Of a stretch of 57,526 nt of DNA, positions 1 through 8,157 are shown piece by piece (position 1 is the stretch's first letter; each line of letters opens with the position of its first letter). This DNA is from Flavobacteriales bacterium. GTDB taxonomy: Bacteria > Bacteroidota > Bacteroidia > Flavobacteriales > BACL11. The stretch covers positions 1 through 57,526 of the forward strand of contig DASCPP010000073.1 in the NCBI GenBank assembly GCA_036012565.1, in the 5' to 3' direction. Both the position numbers and the translations under genes were made by a program. The notes under the pieces are model-generated. The model saw only the letters and a program-made list of their open reading frames with translations, was not told the DNA's origin and searched no databases.

Positions 1-296
1 GGGGTTTTGATGTTTCTTTCATTAAACCAATTGGAAATCTTTCGATATCCCAATCCTTTTCCGTGAAGTTCTTTAATGGTGTCATATAAATATTGTTGGT
101 GTTCTGAATAGAAATAATTATTCAAATTTTTATCCGTGATATTGACATCAAATAACAGATTGACTTTTCTTCCAGAATAATCTTCCCTTGATAACGATTT
201 TGTTACTGTTGAGTAGCGGGGTATTTTAAGTGGATTCTTTTCAGCCTTTCTTCCTTGATTCTTCCCTTCAAAACATCTCCTTTGCCCTCTCCACAA
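1..296 (-). CDS. Partial ORF leaving the window at the left edge; recombinase-domain-like (possible serine-recombinase remnant or gene with a non-ATG start)
   Basis: Not in the supplied ORF track because it has no stop inside the window. My own minus-strand translation is stop-free from 308 down to 1 (about 100 codons, unusual in AT-rich DNA): ...GRKVNLLFDVNITDKNLNNYFYSEHQQYLYDTIKELHGKGLGYRKISNWFNERNIKT. The last 30 residues resemble the helix-turn-helix stretch of the Recombinase domain of large serine recombinases. There is no in-frame ATG. The first possible start is TTG at 296, overlapping the 3' end of the upstream peptidase gene. Confidence 0.3.
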   Translation of the reverse strand, partial: MWRGQRRCFEGKNQGRKAEKNPLKIPRYSTVTKSLSREDYSGRKVNLLFDVNITDKNLNNYFYSEHQQYLYDTIKELHGKGLGYRKISNWFNERNIKT

Positions 297-1827
297 ATCT
301 ATCTTCCTCTAACAAAATGCTATAAAAAATTTCATTTCCCCAAAGATTTCTGCCAATACTGGCTTTTAGTTGTTTAATGAGGTAGTTCCTTTCTTTTTGG
401 TTCAAATCAAAAACAAATTCTGCATTTTTAGTATTTATAAATAATTTAAAAGCCATATAAATATCTCTTTCTAAAAGCTGCTTTTCTGTTAAGCTTTCTC
501 TGTGTGTGTCGGCATAATCAAAGCAAAAATCAAAAATCCAATTTTTGCTAAAAAAAGGGTTTAATTTTTTACTGTCCAAAGTAGTGTCCAAAGCCACATA
601 ATAGTCAGGGGTAATGCCACCGCCTCCATAAACCTTTTCCCCTTTTGGAGTTGTAAAAATTAGGGAGTCAGCAATAGCCAAACTATCCTCTCCCTCATTT
701 CCAAATCTTTCATATACTTCCATAAAATAATCATCTTCTTTCAGGTTTTCGTATGGTTTTTGTATACTTCTTCCCGTTGGAGTGTAGTAGCGTTGGGTGG
801 TTAGGCGTACAGCCGAGCCATCATACAATTCTATTTGCTCTTGAACCAATCCCTTACCAAAAGTTCTTCTACCTACAATAGTTGCTCTATCATTATCTTG
901 CAAAGCCCCAGCTACAATTTCAGAGGCAGAAGCCGACCCCTCATCTACCAAAACCACTACTTTACAATTTGTGAGCAAAGCCTTTTTATCGGCATGAAAT
1001 TCTTGCCTTTTTCTCTTTCTCCCTTCTGTGAACACAATCATTTCTCCACTACCTAAAAAGGCATCACTTATATTAATGGCCGCCCCTAAATATCCGCCAG
1101 GGTTGCCTCTCAAATCTAGAATCAGATTTTCCATTCCACTATTTAAAAGCGATTGTACTGCATCCAAAAATTCATCAGTGGTAGTACCAGAAAATCGGTT
1201 TAGTTTGATGTATCCAATCTCATCTTCCAGCATCAGTTTTACATCTAAACTATATAGTGGAATTTTACCTCTTGTAATGCGATATTCTAATAGCTCTTTT
1301 ACAGATTTTCGTTTTATCCCTACACTCACTTTTGTGCCGATTTCTCCTCTTAATCTGTCAATCACACCTTTGTTCTCTATGCCAATTCCAGCAACATTTT
1401 CCTCATTTACCACCACAATTCTATCTCCTGATTTTATCCCCAGCCTTTCTGATGGCCCACCGGTTATTGGTGACACCACCACAATAGAATCTTGCTGAAT
1501 ATTAAATTCCACACCAATTCCGCCAAAGCTTCCTTCTAAATCTTCATTTACCGTTTGTAGACGCTCTTTTTTTATATAAGTAGAATGTGGATCCAGCTCT
1601 TTCAAAATAGATTTTACCGCACTTTCTTCCAATTGCGCTTGATTTATAGTGTCCACATAATCCCTCTGAATCAATCGTAAAATGGTGTTGATTTTACTAC
1701 TCTGATGAATTTGTAGTTTGCGATTTCCATCTTCTGGATTATTGATAAAATTACCAATTAACACCCCAATTATTAAAACAATAGAGAAAGCAATTGGTTG
1801 ATATTGTTTTTTAATCCTTTTACTCAT
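268..1827 (-). CDS. S41 family C-terminal processing (tail-specific) peptidase
   Basis: 519-aa ORF with an N-terminal membrane anchor (IAFSIVLIIGVLIG) and a PDZ-like segment (GGIGVEF...SPITGGPSERLGIKSGDRIVVVN). S41 catalytic-region motifs are present: LILDLRGNPGGY and VVLVDEGSASASEIVAGALQD...GRRTFGKG. Confidence 0.9.
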   Translation of the reverse strand: MSKRIKKQYQPIAFSIVLIIGVLIGNFINNPEDGNRKLQIHQSSKINTILRLIQRDYVDTINQAQLEESAVKSILKELDPHSTYIKKERLQTVNEDLEGSFGGIGVEFNIQQDSIVVVSPITGGPSERLGIKSGDRIVVVNEENVAGIGIENKGVIDRLRGEIGTKVSVGIKRKSVKELLEYRITRGKIPLYSLDVKLMLEDEIGYIKLNRFSGTTTDEFLDAVQSLLNSGMENLILDLRGNPGGYLGAAINISDAFLGSGEMIVFTEGRKRKRQEFHADKKALLTNCKVVVLVDEGSASASEIVAGALQDNDRATIVGRRTFGKGLVQEQIELYDGSAVRLTTQRYYTPTGRSIQKPYENLKEDDYFMEVYERFGNEGEDSLAIADSLIFTTPKGEKVYGGGGITPDYYVALDTTLDSKKLNPFFSKNWIFDFCFDYADTHRESLTEKQLLERDIYMAFKLFINTKNAEFVFDLNQKERNYLIKQLKASIGRNLWGNEIFYSILLEEDRFVERAKEMF

Positions 1828-2259
1828 TTAGAATACTAATTTCATTATCTCTACTCCTGCATTTTCTAAAAACACCACTCCAGATTTATCTTTGTATTGC
1901 TTCAAATATACTAATCTTTTTATTCCCGCTTGATGCACCAATTTGCTACATTCCTTGCATGGCGACATGGTTAAATAAAGGGTTGCCCCATTGCAATCAT
2001 GATTGGAACTGGCAATTTTCAAAATAGCATTTGCCTCTGCATGCAATACATACCAATGTGTCTGCCCATCAATATCCTCACAACAATTTTCAAATCCTGA
2101 GGGGGTTCCATTGTAGCCATCTGAAATAATCATACGATTTTTTACAATTAGCGCACCCACTTGCTTTCGTTTGCAGTGAGAGAGTTTTGCCCATTCCAAT
2201 GCCATTTTCATATAAGCATTATCATATCGTGCTTGTTTTAGTTTTTCTCTTTTTCCCAT
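1828..2259 (-). CDS. Deoxycytidylate (dCMP) deaminase
   Basis: 143 aa with zinc-binding cytidine/deoxycytidylate deaminase motifs HAEANAI and PCKECSKLVHQAGIKRLVY. Its stop abuts the start of the downstream peptidase gene (zero spacing). Confidence 0.9.
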   Translation of the reverse strand: MGKREKLKQARYDNAYMKMALEWAKLSHCKRKQVGALIVKNRMIISDGYNGTPSGFENCCEDIDGQTHWYVLHAEANAILKIASSNHDCNGATLYLTMSPCKECSKLVHQAGIKRLVYLKQYKDKSGVVFLENAGVEIMKLVF

Positions 2260-2273
2260 AAGTGTTGCAATAT

Positions 2274-2302
2274 ATAAAAAAAGCCCTCAATTTTGAGGGC
2301 TT
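2274..2302 (-). terminator. Rho-independent terminator downstream of tRNA-Leu
   Basis: GC-rich hairpin GCCCTC(2283-2288)/GAGGGC(2295-2300). On the minus strand it is followed by a run of 7 T (complement of the A-run at 2276-2282). Confidence 0.6.
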
Positions 2303-2304
2303 TG

Positions 2305-2387
2305 TGCCCAGAGCCGGGCTCGAACCGGCACGGGTTAACCCCACTGGTGTTTGAGACCAGCGCGTCTACCAATTCCGCCATCTGGGC
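2305..2387 (-). tRNA. tRNA-Leu (anticodon CAA)
   Basis: Reverse complement reads GCCCAGATGGCGGAATTGGTAGACGCGCTGGTCTCAAACACCAGTGGGGTTAACCCGTGCCGGTTCGAGCCCGGCTCTGGGCA. Acceptor stem GCCCAGA/TCTGGGC. Anticodon stem CTGGT/ACCAG with loop CTCAAAC (CAA). Long variable arm typical of Leu. T-arm GCCGG-TTCGAGC-CCGGC. No encoded CCA. Confidence 0.93.
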
Positions 2388-2397
2388 AAATGGTTGG

Positions 2398-2405
2398 CGA
2401 AAATA
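2398..2405 (-). promoter_or_regulatory. Candidate -7 promoter box (TATTTTCG variant) for tRNA-Leu
   Basis: Minus-strand TATTTTCG ends 10 nt upstream of the tRNA 5' end. It is a one-base variant of the Bacteroidota TAnnTTTG consensus. Confidence 0.4.
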
Positions 2406-2475
2406 ATTAAACTCTTTCTCATAGACAATCATTTATCTTTATTTAATAAAATTAGTTAAAATGATGCAATAATTC

Positions 2476-2483
2476 TATATTTG
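2476..2483 (+). promoter_or_regulatory. Candidate -7 promoter box TATATTTG for prs
   Basis: Exact TAnnTTTG match 24 nt upstream of the ATG at 2508. It overlaps the TTG that the ORF track used as start, which argues against that start. Confidence 0.5.
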
Positions 2484-2507
2484 CAGCCCTTTTTCAAAGA
2501 GGAAAAA

Positions 2508-3443
2508 ATGAATAAAACAGTTAAATTTTTTGCAGGAAAAGCATCAGAAGTTTTGGCAAAAGAAATTGCGAATGCTTATGGCTCCCCTCTGTGTAGTAGT
2601 GACCTTATTAAGTTTGCAGATGGAGAATTTGAACCCTCTTTTAACGAAACGGTTAGAGGGGCAGATGTATTTTTAATTCAATCTACCACACCTCCATCTG
2701 ATAATTTGATGGAACTTTTGCTTATGATTGATGCCGCAAAAAGAGCTTCTGCCAAAAATATTATTGCGGTAATGCCGTATTTCGGTTTTGCCAGACAAGA
2801 TAAAAAAGGAAAACCAAGAGTACCGATAGGGGCAAAATTGGTAGCCAATTTACTCACGGCTGCAGGAGTTGATAGAATTATGACAATGGATTTGCATGCT
2901 GCTCAAATCCAAGGATTTTTTGAAGTTCCTGTCGATCATTTATTCGCTTCCGAACTTTTTCATGAAGATATTCAAAAGCTAAATTTAGAAAATTTGGTAG
3001 TTGCATCACCTGATATGGGAGGTTCTAAAAGAGCAAACTTTTATGCCAATCTTTTAAAAACGGGACTGGTGGTATGTTATAAGGACAGAAAAGAAGCCAA
3101 TAAAATTGGCGGCATGATGCTGATTGGGGACGTGCAATGTAAAGATGTGGTAATAATTGATGATATGGTAGATACGGCAGGTACGCTTTCAAAAGCTGCT
3201 GATTTGATGATCGAAAAAGGAGCAACAAGCGTGAGAGCATATTGCACACATGGCGTACTTTCAAAAGATGCTTACGAAAAATTAGACAATTCAAAAATTC
3301 AGGAATTGATAATTACCAATACCATTCCAAAAAATCATAGAAGTAAAAAAGTAAGAGAAGTTTCCATTGCTTCATTTTTTGCACAAACTATAAAATCGGT
3401 AGTTAGTAATGAGTCGATTAGCGAAAAATGGAAAGAAAAATAA
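2508..3443 (+). CDS. prs: Ribose-phosphate diphosphokinase (PRPP synthetase)
   Basis: Starts MNKTVKFFAG. PRPP synthetase signatures include DLHAAQIQGFF and the PRPP-binding loop VVIIDDMVDTAGT. It sits in the conserved prs-ctc-pth order. Start moved from TTG 2481 to ATG 2508. Confidence 0.93.
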   Translation: MNKTVKFFAGKASEVLAKEIANAYGSPLCSSDLIKFADGEFEPSFNETVRGADVFLIQSTTPPSDNLMELLLMIDAAKRASAKNIIAVMPYFGFARQDKKGKPRVPIGAKLVANLLTAAGVDRIMTMDLHAAQIQGFFEVPVDHLFASELFHEDIQKLNLENLVVASPDMGGSKRANFYANLLKTGLVVCYKDRKEANKIGGMMLIGDVQCKDVVIIDDMVDTAGTLSKAADLMIEKGATSVRAYCTHGVLSKDAYEKLDNSKIQELIITNTIPKNHRSKKVREVSIASFFAQTIKSVVSNESISEKWKEK

Positions 3444-3476
3444 ACAACAAACTATAACCCAAAAACAAATTTAAAA

Positions 3477-4163
3477 ATGAAAACACTAGCAATTAGTGCA
3501 AAACTAAGAAATGGAACTGGCAAAACAGATTCCAAAGCACTAAGAAATCAGGGTAATGTACCATGCGTACTTTACGGGGGAGAAAAGCAAGTGTGTTTCT
3601 ATGCTCATGAAAATGATTTTAGAAGCCTTGTATACACCCCAGACGTATTTATCGTAGAATTAGACATTGAAGGAGAAAAATTTCGGGTAGTAATGCAAGA
3701 TCTTCAATTTCATCCAGTAACGGATAAGTTACTTCATTTAGATTTTCTACAAATTTTTGATGATAAAGAAGTGACCATGACTATTCCTGTTCATTTGAAA
3801 GGAATGTCTATTGGGATAAGAAACGGCGGGGTTCTTTCTTTTAGAAGAAGAAAAATTATTACAAGAGCAATTCCAGGAAATTTACCTGATTATATTGAAA
3901 TCAATATTGCAGATTTAGATATAGGTCATTCTGTTTTTATAAAGGATTTAAGAGTGGATGAATATACATTTTTAGCGCCTGACAATGCAGTAGTTGTTGG
4001 GGTAAGAACAGCAAGAGAACTTATAATTGAGGAAGAAGAGGAAGAAGAATTAGAAGGGGAAGAAGGTGTTGAAGGGGAAGAAGGTGCTGAGGGAGAAGCA
4101 ACTGAAGGTGCTGGTGAAGTAGCCCCATCAGAAGGTGGAGAAGAAAAACCAACTGCTGAATAA
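3477..4163 (+). CDS. rplY: 50S ribosomal protein L25 / general stress protein Ctc, with an acidic C-terminal tail
   Basis: N-terminal L25/Ctc fold sequence (KLRNGTGKTDSKALRNQGNVPCVLYG...LHLDF). The C-terminus is an E/G-rich low-complexity tail. Located between prs and pth. Confidence 0.9.
   Translation: MKTLAISAKLRNGTGKTDSKALRNQGNVPCVLYGGEKQVCFYAHENDFRSLVYTPDVFIVELDIEGEKFRVVMQDLQFHPVTDKLLHLDFLQIFDDKEVTMTIPVHLKGMSIGIRNGGVLSFRRRKIITRAIPGNLPDYIEINIADLDIGHSVFIKDLRVDEYTFLAPDNAVVVGVRTARELIIEEEEEEELEGEEGVEGEEGAEGEATEGAGEVAPSEGGEEKPTAE
4053..4088 (+). repeat. Two tandem 18-nt units inside the rplY acidic tail
   Basis: gaaggggaagaaggtgtt (4053-4070) and gaaggggaagaaggtgct (4071-4088) are 17/18 identical and encode EGEEGV and EGEEGA. 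Confidence 0.7.
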
Positions 4164-4165
4164 AA

Positions 4166-4729
4166 ATGAAACACTTAATCGTAGGATTAGGGAACCCTGG
4201 TGAAGAGCACGAAAATACTCGTCATAATATAGGATTTAAAATATTGGATGCGCTTTCTAAGGCATCCAATATTTCTTTTACCCCTGACAAACATGCTAAT
4301 ATTACTACTATAAAATTTAAAGGCAGAACTTTACACTTAATAAAGCCAACAACTTTTATGAATTTGAGTGGTAAAGCGGTAAACTATTGGTTACAAAAAT
4401 ACAAAGTAGATATCAAAAATCTTTTGGTTATTACGGACGATACTGCCCTTGAATTTGGAACTTTACGCGTCAGAGAAAAAGGATCAGACGGAGGGCATAA
4501 TGGACTGAAAAACACTAATGCGGTTTTGGGACATAATAATTATGCCAGATTACGATTTGGTGTAGGAAATGATTTCCATAGAGGAGGTCAAGCCGATTAT
4601 GTACTTAGTAATTGGAGTAGTGAAGAAAACACAAAACTCCCTGAAAGAATAGAACAAGCAATAAAAATTATTCAGGCATTTACAACTATTGGGATTACAA
4701 AAGCCATGTCTGATTTTAATGGAAAGTAA
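4166..4729 (+). CDS. pth: Peptidyl-tRNA hydrolase
   Basis: MKHLIVGLGNPGEEHENTRHNIGF and GHNGLKN motifs. Starts 2 nt after the rplY stop. Confidence 0.93.
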   Translation: MKHLIVGLGNPGEEHENTRHNIGFKILDALSKASNISFTPDKHANITTIKFKGRTLHLIKPTTFMNLSGKAVNYWLQKYKVDIKNLLVITDDTALEFGTLRVREKGSDGGHNGLKNTNAVLGHNNYARLRFGVGNDFHRGGQADYVLSNWSSEENTKLPERIEQAIKIIQAFTTIGITKAMSDFNGK

Positions 4730-4732
4730 AAA

Positions 4733-6271
4733 TTAGCTTTCTAAATATTTTGCAATATTTACTTTTTTAGCAATAATAGAATGTAGTTTTTCAACTGCAA
4801 CTCTTTCTTGCTCCATAGTATCTCTATCTCTTAAAGTAACAGTATTGTCTTCTAAGGTCTGATGATCCACCGTAATGCAATATGGTGTTCCAATTGCATC
4901 TTGTCTTCTGTATCTTTTTCCGATAGAATCTTTTTCTTCATATTGGCAATTAAAATCTATTTGAAGAGATTTCATTATTTCTCTTGCTTTTTCTGGCATT
5001 CCATCTTTCTTAGTTAGAGGAAGAATAGCAGCTTTTAATGGGGCTAAAACTGCAGGGATTTTTAAGACTACTCTACTTTCCCCATTTTCTAATTCTTCTT
5101 CACGGAAAGAATGACTTAATACCGTAAGGAACATTCTATCCAGTCCAATTGAAGTCTCTACTACATAAGGAACATAACTTTCTCCTAATTCAGGATCAAA
5201 ATATTGTAGTTTTTTCCCTGAATGTTCTTGATGTGCTTTTAAATCAAAATCTGTACGAGAATGAATTCCCTCTAATTCCTTAAATCCGAATGGGAATTTG
5301 AATTCAATATCGGCAGCAGCATTTGCGTAATGAGCTAAATTTTCATGTTCATGAAAACGATAATTTTCTTCTCCCATTCCTAGTGAATTGTGCCATTTCA
5401 TACGGAATTCTTTCCAGTATTCGTACCATTTCATTTCCTCTCCTGGGCGAACAAAAAATTGCATTTCCATTTGTTCGAACTCCCGCATTCTGAAAATAAA
5501 CTGACGCGCTACAATTTCATTCCTAAATGCTTTCCCGATTTGAGCAATCCCAAAAGGAATTTTCATACGAGTAGTTTTTTGTACATTTAGGAAATTCACA
5601 AAAATACCTTGTGCCGTTTCTGGTCGTAAATACAAATCAGAAGAAGCGTCTGCAGTTGCTCCCATTTGTGTTTTAAACATCAAGTTAAACTGACGAACAT
5701 CCGTCCAATTATTTGTCCCTGAAACTGGGCATTTTATATCCAACTCCTCAATTAATGTTTTTACATCATCTAATTTTCCTGCAGTAAGTGCAGTACTCAT
5801 TTTCGAGTTTATTTCATCAATTTTCTTCTGTCTTTCTAAAATTCTTCCATTAGTAGTTACAAATTCTTCTCTGTTAAAAGCATCTCCAAATCTCTTAGCT
5901 GCTTTTACGCAATCTTTCTCAATTTTTGCTTCAATCTTTGCAATATGATCTTCAATCAGAACATCAGCACGGTATCTTTTTTTCGAATCTTTATTATCAA
6001 CTAAAGGATCGTTAAAAGCATCCACATGTCCGGAAGCTTTCCAAGTAGTAGGGTGCATAAAAATAGAGGAATCTAATCCCACAATATTTTCGTGCATATT
6101 TACCATTGATTTCCACCAATAGTTTTTAATGTTGTTTTTTAACTCTACTCCATTCGGTCCATAATCGTAAGCTGCTGCCAGCCCATCATAAATCTCTGAT
6201 GATTGAAAGACATATCCATATTCTTTGCAATGTGATACGATTTTTTTAAATATGTCTTCATAATTTGCCAT
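4733..6271 (-). CDS. glyQS: Glycine--tRNA ligase (homodimeric class II type)
   Basis: 512 aa, beginning MANYEDIFKKIVSHCKEYGYVFQSSEIYDGL. Contains YLRPETAQGIFVNF and a C-terminal anticodon-binding region. Full-length match to the GlyRS alpha2 type. Confidence 0.95.
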   Translation of the reverse strand: MANYEDIFKKIVSHCKEYGYVFQSSEIYDGLAAAYDYGPNGVELKNNIKNYWWKSMVNMHENIVGLDSSIFMHPTTWKASGHVDAFNDPLVDNKDSKKRYRADVLIEDHIAKIEAKIEKDCVKAAKRFGDAFNREEFVTTNGRILERQKKIDEINSKMSTALTAGKLDDVKTLIEELDIKCPVSGTNNWTDVRQFNLMFKTQMGATADASSDLYLRPETAQGIFVNFLNVQKTTRMKIPFGIAQIGKAFRNEIVARQFIFRMREFEQMEMQFFVRPGEEMKWYEYWKEFRMKWHNSLGMGEENYRFHEHENLAHYANAAADIEFKFPFGFKELEGIHSRTDFDLKAHQEHSGKKLQYFDPELGESYVPYVVETSIGLDRMFLTVLSHSFREEELENGESRVVLKIPAVLAPLKAAILPLTKKDGMPEKAREIMKSLQIDFNCQYEEKDSIGKRYRRQDAIGTPYCITVDHQTLEDNTVTLRDRDTMEQERVAVEKLHSIIAKKVNIAKYLES

Positions 6272-6275
6272 GCTA

Positions 6276-6283
6276 CAAAAATA
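6276..6283 (-). promoter_or_regulatory. Candidate -7 box TATTTTTG for glyS, 4 nt from the ATG
   Basis: The minus-strand exact TAnnTTTG ends 4 nt before the glyS ATG (6271-6269). Confidence 0.5.
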
Positions 6284-6304
6284 TAAATTATGTTATCAAA
6301 ATCG

Positions 6305-6312
6305 TACTTTTG
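6305..6312 (+). promoter_or_regulatory. Candidate -7 box TACTTTTG for the DUF3109 gene, 4 nt from the ATG
   Basis: Exact TAnnTTTG, followed by cgct and then ATG at 6317. It lies inside the longer ORF-track version (start 6290), which favours 6317. Confidence 0.55.
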
Positions 6313-6316
6313 CGCT

Positions 6317-6883
6317 ATGATTCAAGTAGAAGATAAAATAATTTCAATGGATGTTTTTGAAAAGCATTTTGTGTGCGATTTAAATGCTTGCAAAGGAGCG
6401 TGTTGTGTAGAAGGAGACGCAGGGGCTCCATTGCTAGATGAAGAAGAAAAAATATTGAACGAAATATATGATAAAGTAAGGCCTTATATGAAAAAAGAGG
6501 GAATTGCCGAAATAGAGAACCGGGGGGTTGCTGTATACGACTCTGAAGGCGATTTAACAACCACACTAGTAAACGATAGAGAATGTGCTTTTGTAATTTA
6601 TGAAAATGGCATTATTAAATGCTCTATTGAAAAAGCGTTCATTGCTAAAAAAACAGATTTTAAAAAACCAATTTCTTGTCATTTATTTCCAATTAGAATA
6701 AAAGAGCACCGTGATTTTGACGCGGTAAATTATGAAAAAATAAAAATTTGTAAAACAGCACGTGAGTGTGGTAGTAAATTAGAAACTCCGCTTTATGCCT
6801 TTTTAAGAGAACCCCTCATTAGAAAATATGGAGAGGATTGGTATCAAGAATTATTAGAAGCCACTAAGCTGTTAGGGGAATAA
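6317..6883 (+). CDS. DUF3109-family Cys-rich protein
   Basis: MIQVEDKIISMDVFEKHFVCDLNACKGACCVEGDAGAPL is the N-terminal signature I associate with Bacteroidota DUF3109 proteins. Further Cys/His residues follow (ISCHLFP, ICKTARECG). The family call is from memory, not a search. Confidence 0.65.
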   Translation: MIQVEDKIISMDVFEKHFVCDLNACKGACCVEGDAGAPLLDEEEKILNEIYDKVRPYMKKEGIAEIENRGVAVYDSEGDLTTTLVNDRECAFVIYENGIIKCSIEKAFIAKKTDFKKPISCHLFPIRIKEHRDFDAVNYEKIKICKTARECGSKLETPLYAFLREPLIRKYGEDWYQELLEATKLLGE

Positions 6884-6885
6884 GA

Positions 6886-8064
6886 TTATTTAAAAGCGTT
6901 TTCTCCAGTAATATCTAATCCTGTAATAAGCAAGTGAATATCATGAGTCCCTTCATAGGTGATTACAGATTCTAAATTCATCATATGTCTCATAATAGAA
7001 TACTCACCTGTAATTCCCATGGCACCTAAAATTTGTCTTGCTTCACGAGCAATTTTAAGGGCCATATCTACATTATTCCTTTTACACATTGAAATTTGGG
7101 CAGAAGTTGCTCTGCCTTCATTTCTAAGAACACCCAACCTCCAAGTAAGCAATTGCGCTTTTGTGATTTCAGTAATCATTTCGGCCAATTTCTTTTGTTG
7201 TAATTGGAAAGAAGCAATTGGTTTGCCAAATTGAATTCTTTCTTTAGCATATCTTAAAGCCGTATCATAACAATCCATTGCAGTCCCTATTGTCCCCCAA
7301 GCAATTCCGTATCTTGCAGAATCCAGACATCTTAAAGGAGCGCCTAAACCATCTTTATTTGGTAAAATGTTATCTTTAGGTATTTTTACATTGTCAAAAA
7401 CTAACTCGCCAGTTGCTGATGCTCTCAGACTCCATTTGTTATGTGTTTCAGGAGTTGTAAAACCTTCCATACCTCTTTCTACTAACACTCCTTTTATTCT
7501 CCCTTCATCATTCTTTGCCCAAACAACAGCAACATCTGCAAATTGAGCATTCGAAATCCACATTTTAGCACCATTTAACAGATAATGGTCCACCATATCT
7601 TTTATGTTTGTCATCATTCCTCCAGGATTCGAACCATAATCAGGCTCTGTAAGTCCGAAACAGCCAATAAATTCACCAGTAGCTAATTTTTGCAAAAACT
7701 TTTGTTTCTGGTCTTCACTTCCATATTTCCAAATTGGGTACATTACAAGTGATGACTGAACAGAAGCAGTAGAGCGCACCCCGCTATCCCCTCTTTCGAG
7801 TTCTTGCATTATTAATCCGTAGGAAATTTGATCCAATCCTGCACCACCATATTCTGTTGGTATATAGGGTCCAAAAGCACCAATTCCTCCTAATCCTTTT
7901 ATAATTTGTTTAGGGAATTCCGCTTTTTGACAAGCTTCTTCAATAATAGGAGAAACCTCTTTTTTCACCCATTCTCTAGCAGCATCTCTAATTAATATGT
8001 GTTCTTCAGTAAGGAGTTCATCCATCAGAAAATAATCAGGAGCTTGAAATAAATCTTGTGACAT
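6886..8064 (-). CDS. Acyl-CoA dehydrogenase (glutaryl-CoA dehydrogenase-like)
   Basis: Acyl-CoA dehydrogenase motifs GLTEPDYGSNPG and YEGTHDIHLL, with full three-domain length. Start moved to ATG 8064 (MSQDLFQAPDYF) because a -7 box lies inside the longer ORF. Confidence 0.88.
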   Translation of the reverse strand: MSQDLFQAPDYFLMDELLTEEHILIRDAAREWVKKEVSPIIEEACQKAEFPKQIIKGLGGIGAFGPYIPTEYGGAGLDQISYGLIMQELERGDSGVRSTASVQSSLVMYPIWKYGSEDQKQKFLQKLATGEFIGCFGLTEPDYGSNPGGMMTNIKDMVDHYLLNGAKMWISNAQFADVAVVWAKNDEGRIKGVLVERGMEGFTTPETHNKWSLRASATGELVFDNVKIPKDNILPNKDGLGAPLRCLDSARYGIAWGTIGTAMDCYDTALRYAKERIQFGKPIASFQLQQKKLAEMITEITKAQLLTWRLGVLRNEGRATSAQISMCKRNNVDMALKIAREARQILGAMGITGEYSIMRHMMNLESVITYEGTHDIHLLITGLDITGENAFK

Positions 8065-8084
8065 GGTAATTGTTAATTTTTTGG

Positions 8085-8092
8085 CAAAAATA
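8085..8092 (-). promoter_or_regulatory. Candidate -7 box TATTTTTG for the acyl-CoA dehydrogenase gene
   Basis: Exact TAnnTTTG on the minus strand, 20 nt upstream of ATG 8064. Confidence 0.5.
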
Positions 8093-8129
8093 CCTTTTTT
8101 AATAAGATTAGTAAAGTTATCATAAAACA

Positions 8130-8137
8130 TATCTTTG
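8130..8137 (+). promoter_or_regulatory. Candidate -7 box TATCTTTG for the DUF4271-like gene
   Basis: Exact TAnnTTTG, 20 nt upstream of the TTG start at 8158. Confidence 0.5.
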
Positions 8138-8157
8138 CAGAAGATAAAAAGATAAAA

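Noticed and set aside
835-1498. Plus-strand ORFs (73 and 156 aa) inside the first S41 peptidase gene
   Set aside because: They are antisense shadows of a well-supported gene, with low-complexity S/P/I-rich translations. The same reasoning applies to other listed antisense ORFs inside glyS, recJ, dnaG, leuS, secA, tilS, comM and others.
2267-2274. TATATTGC (minus strand) as a promoter box for the dCMP deaminase gene, and the similar TAAATTGC upstream of the M23 peptidase
   Set aside because: These deviate from TAnnTTTG at two positions. They are plausible but too degenerate to list as features without TSS data.
2238-2432. 64-aa minus-strand ORF
   Set aside because: It is read straight through the tRNA-Leu gene and its terminator hairpin. 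Its peptide has no protein-like features, and the region is explained by the tRNA.
3926-4174. 82-aa S/P-rich minus-strand ORF
   Set aside because: It is the reverse complement of the GAA/GGT-rich acidic tail of rplY. Its openness is a composition artefact.
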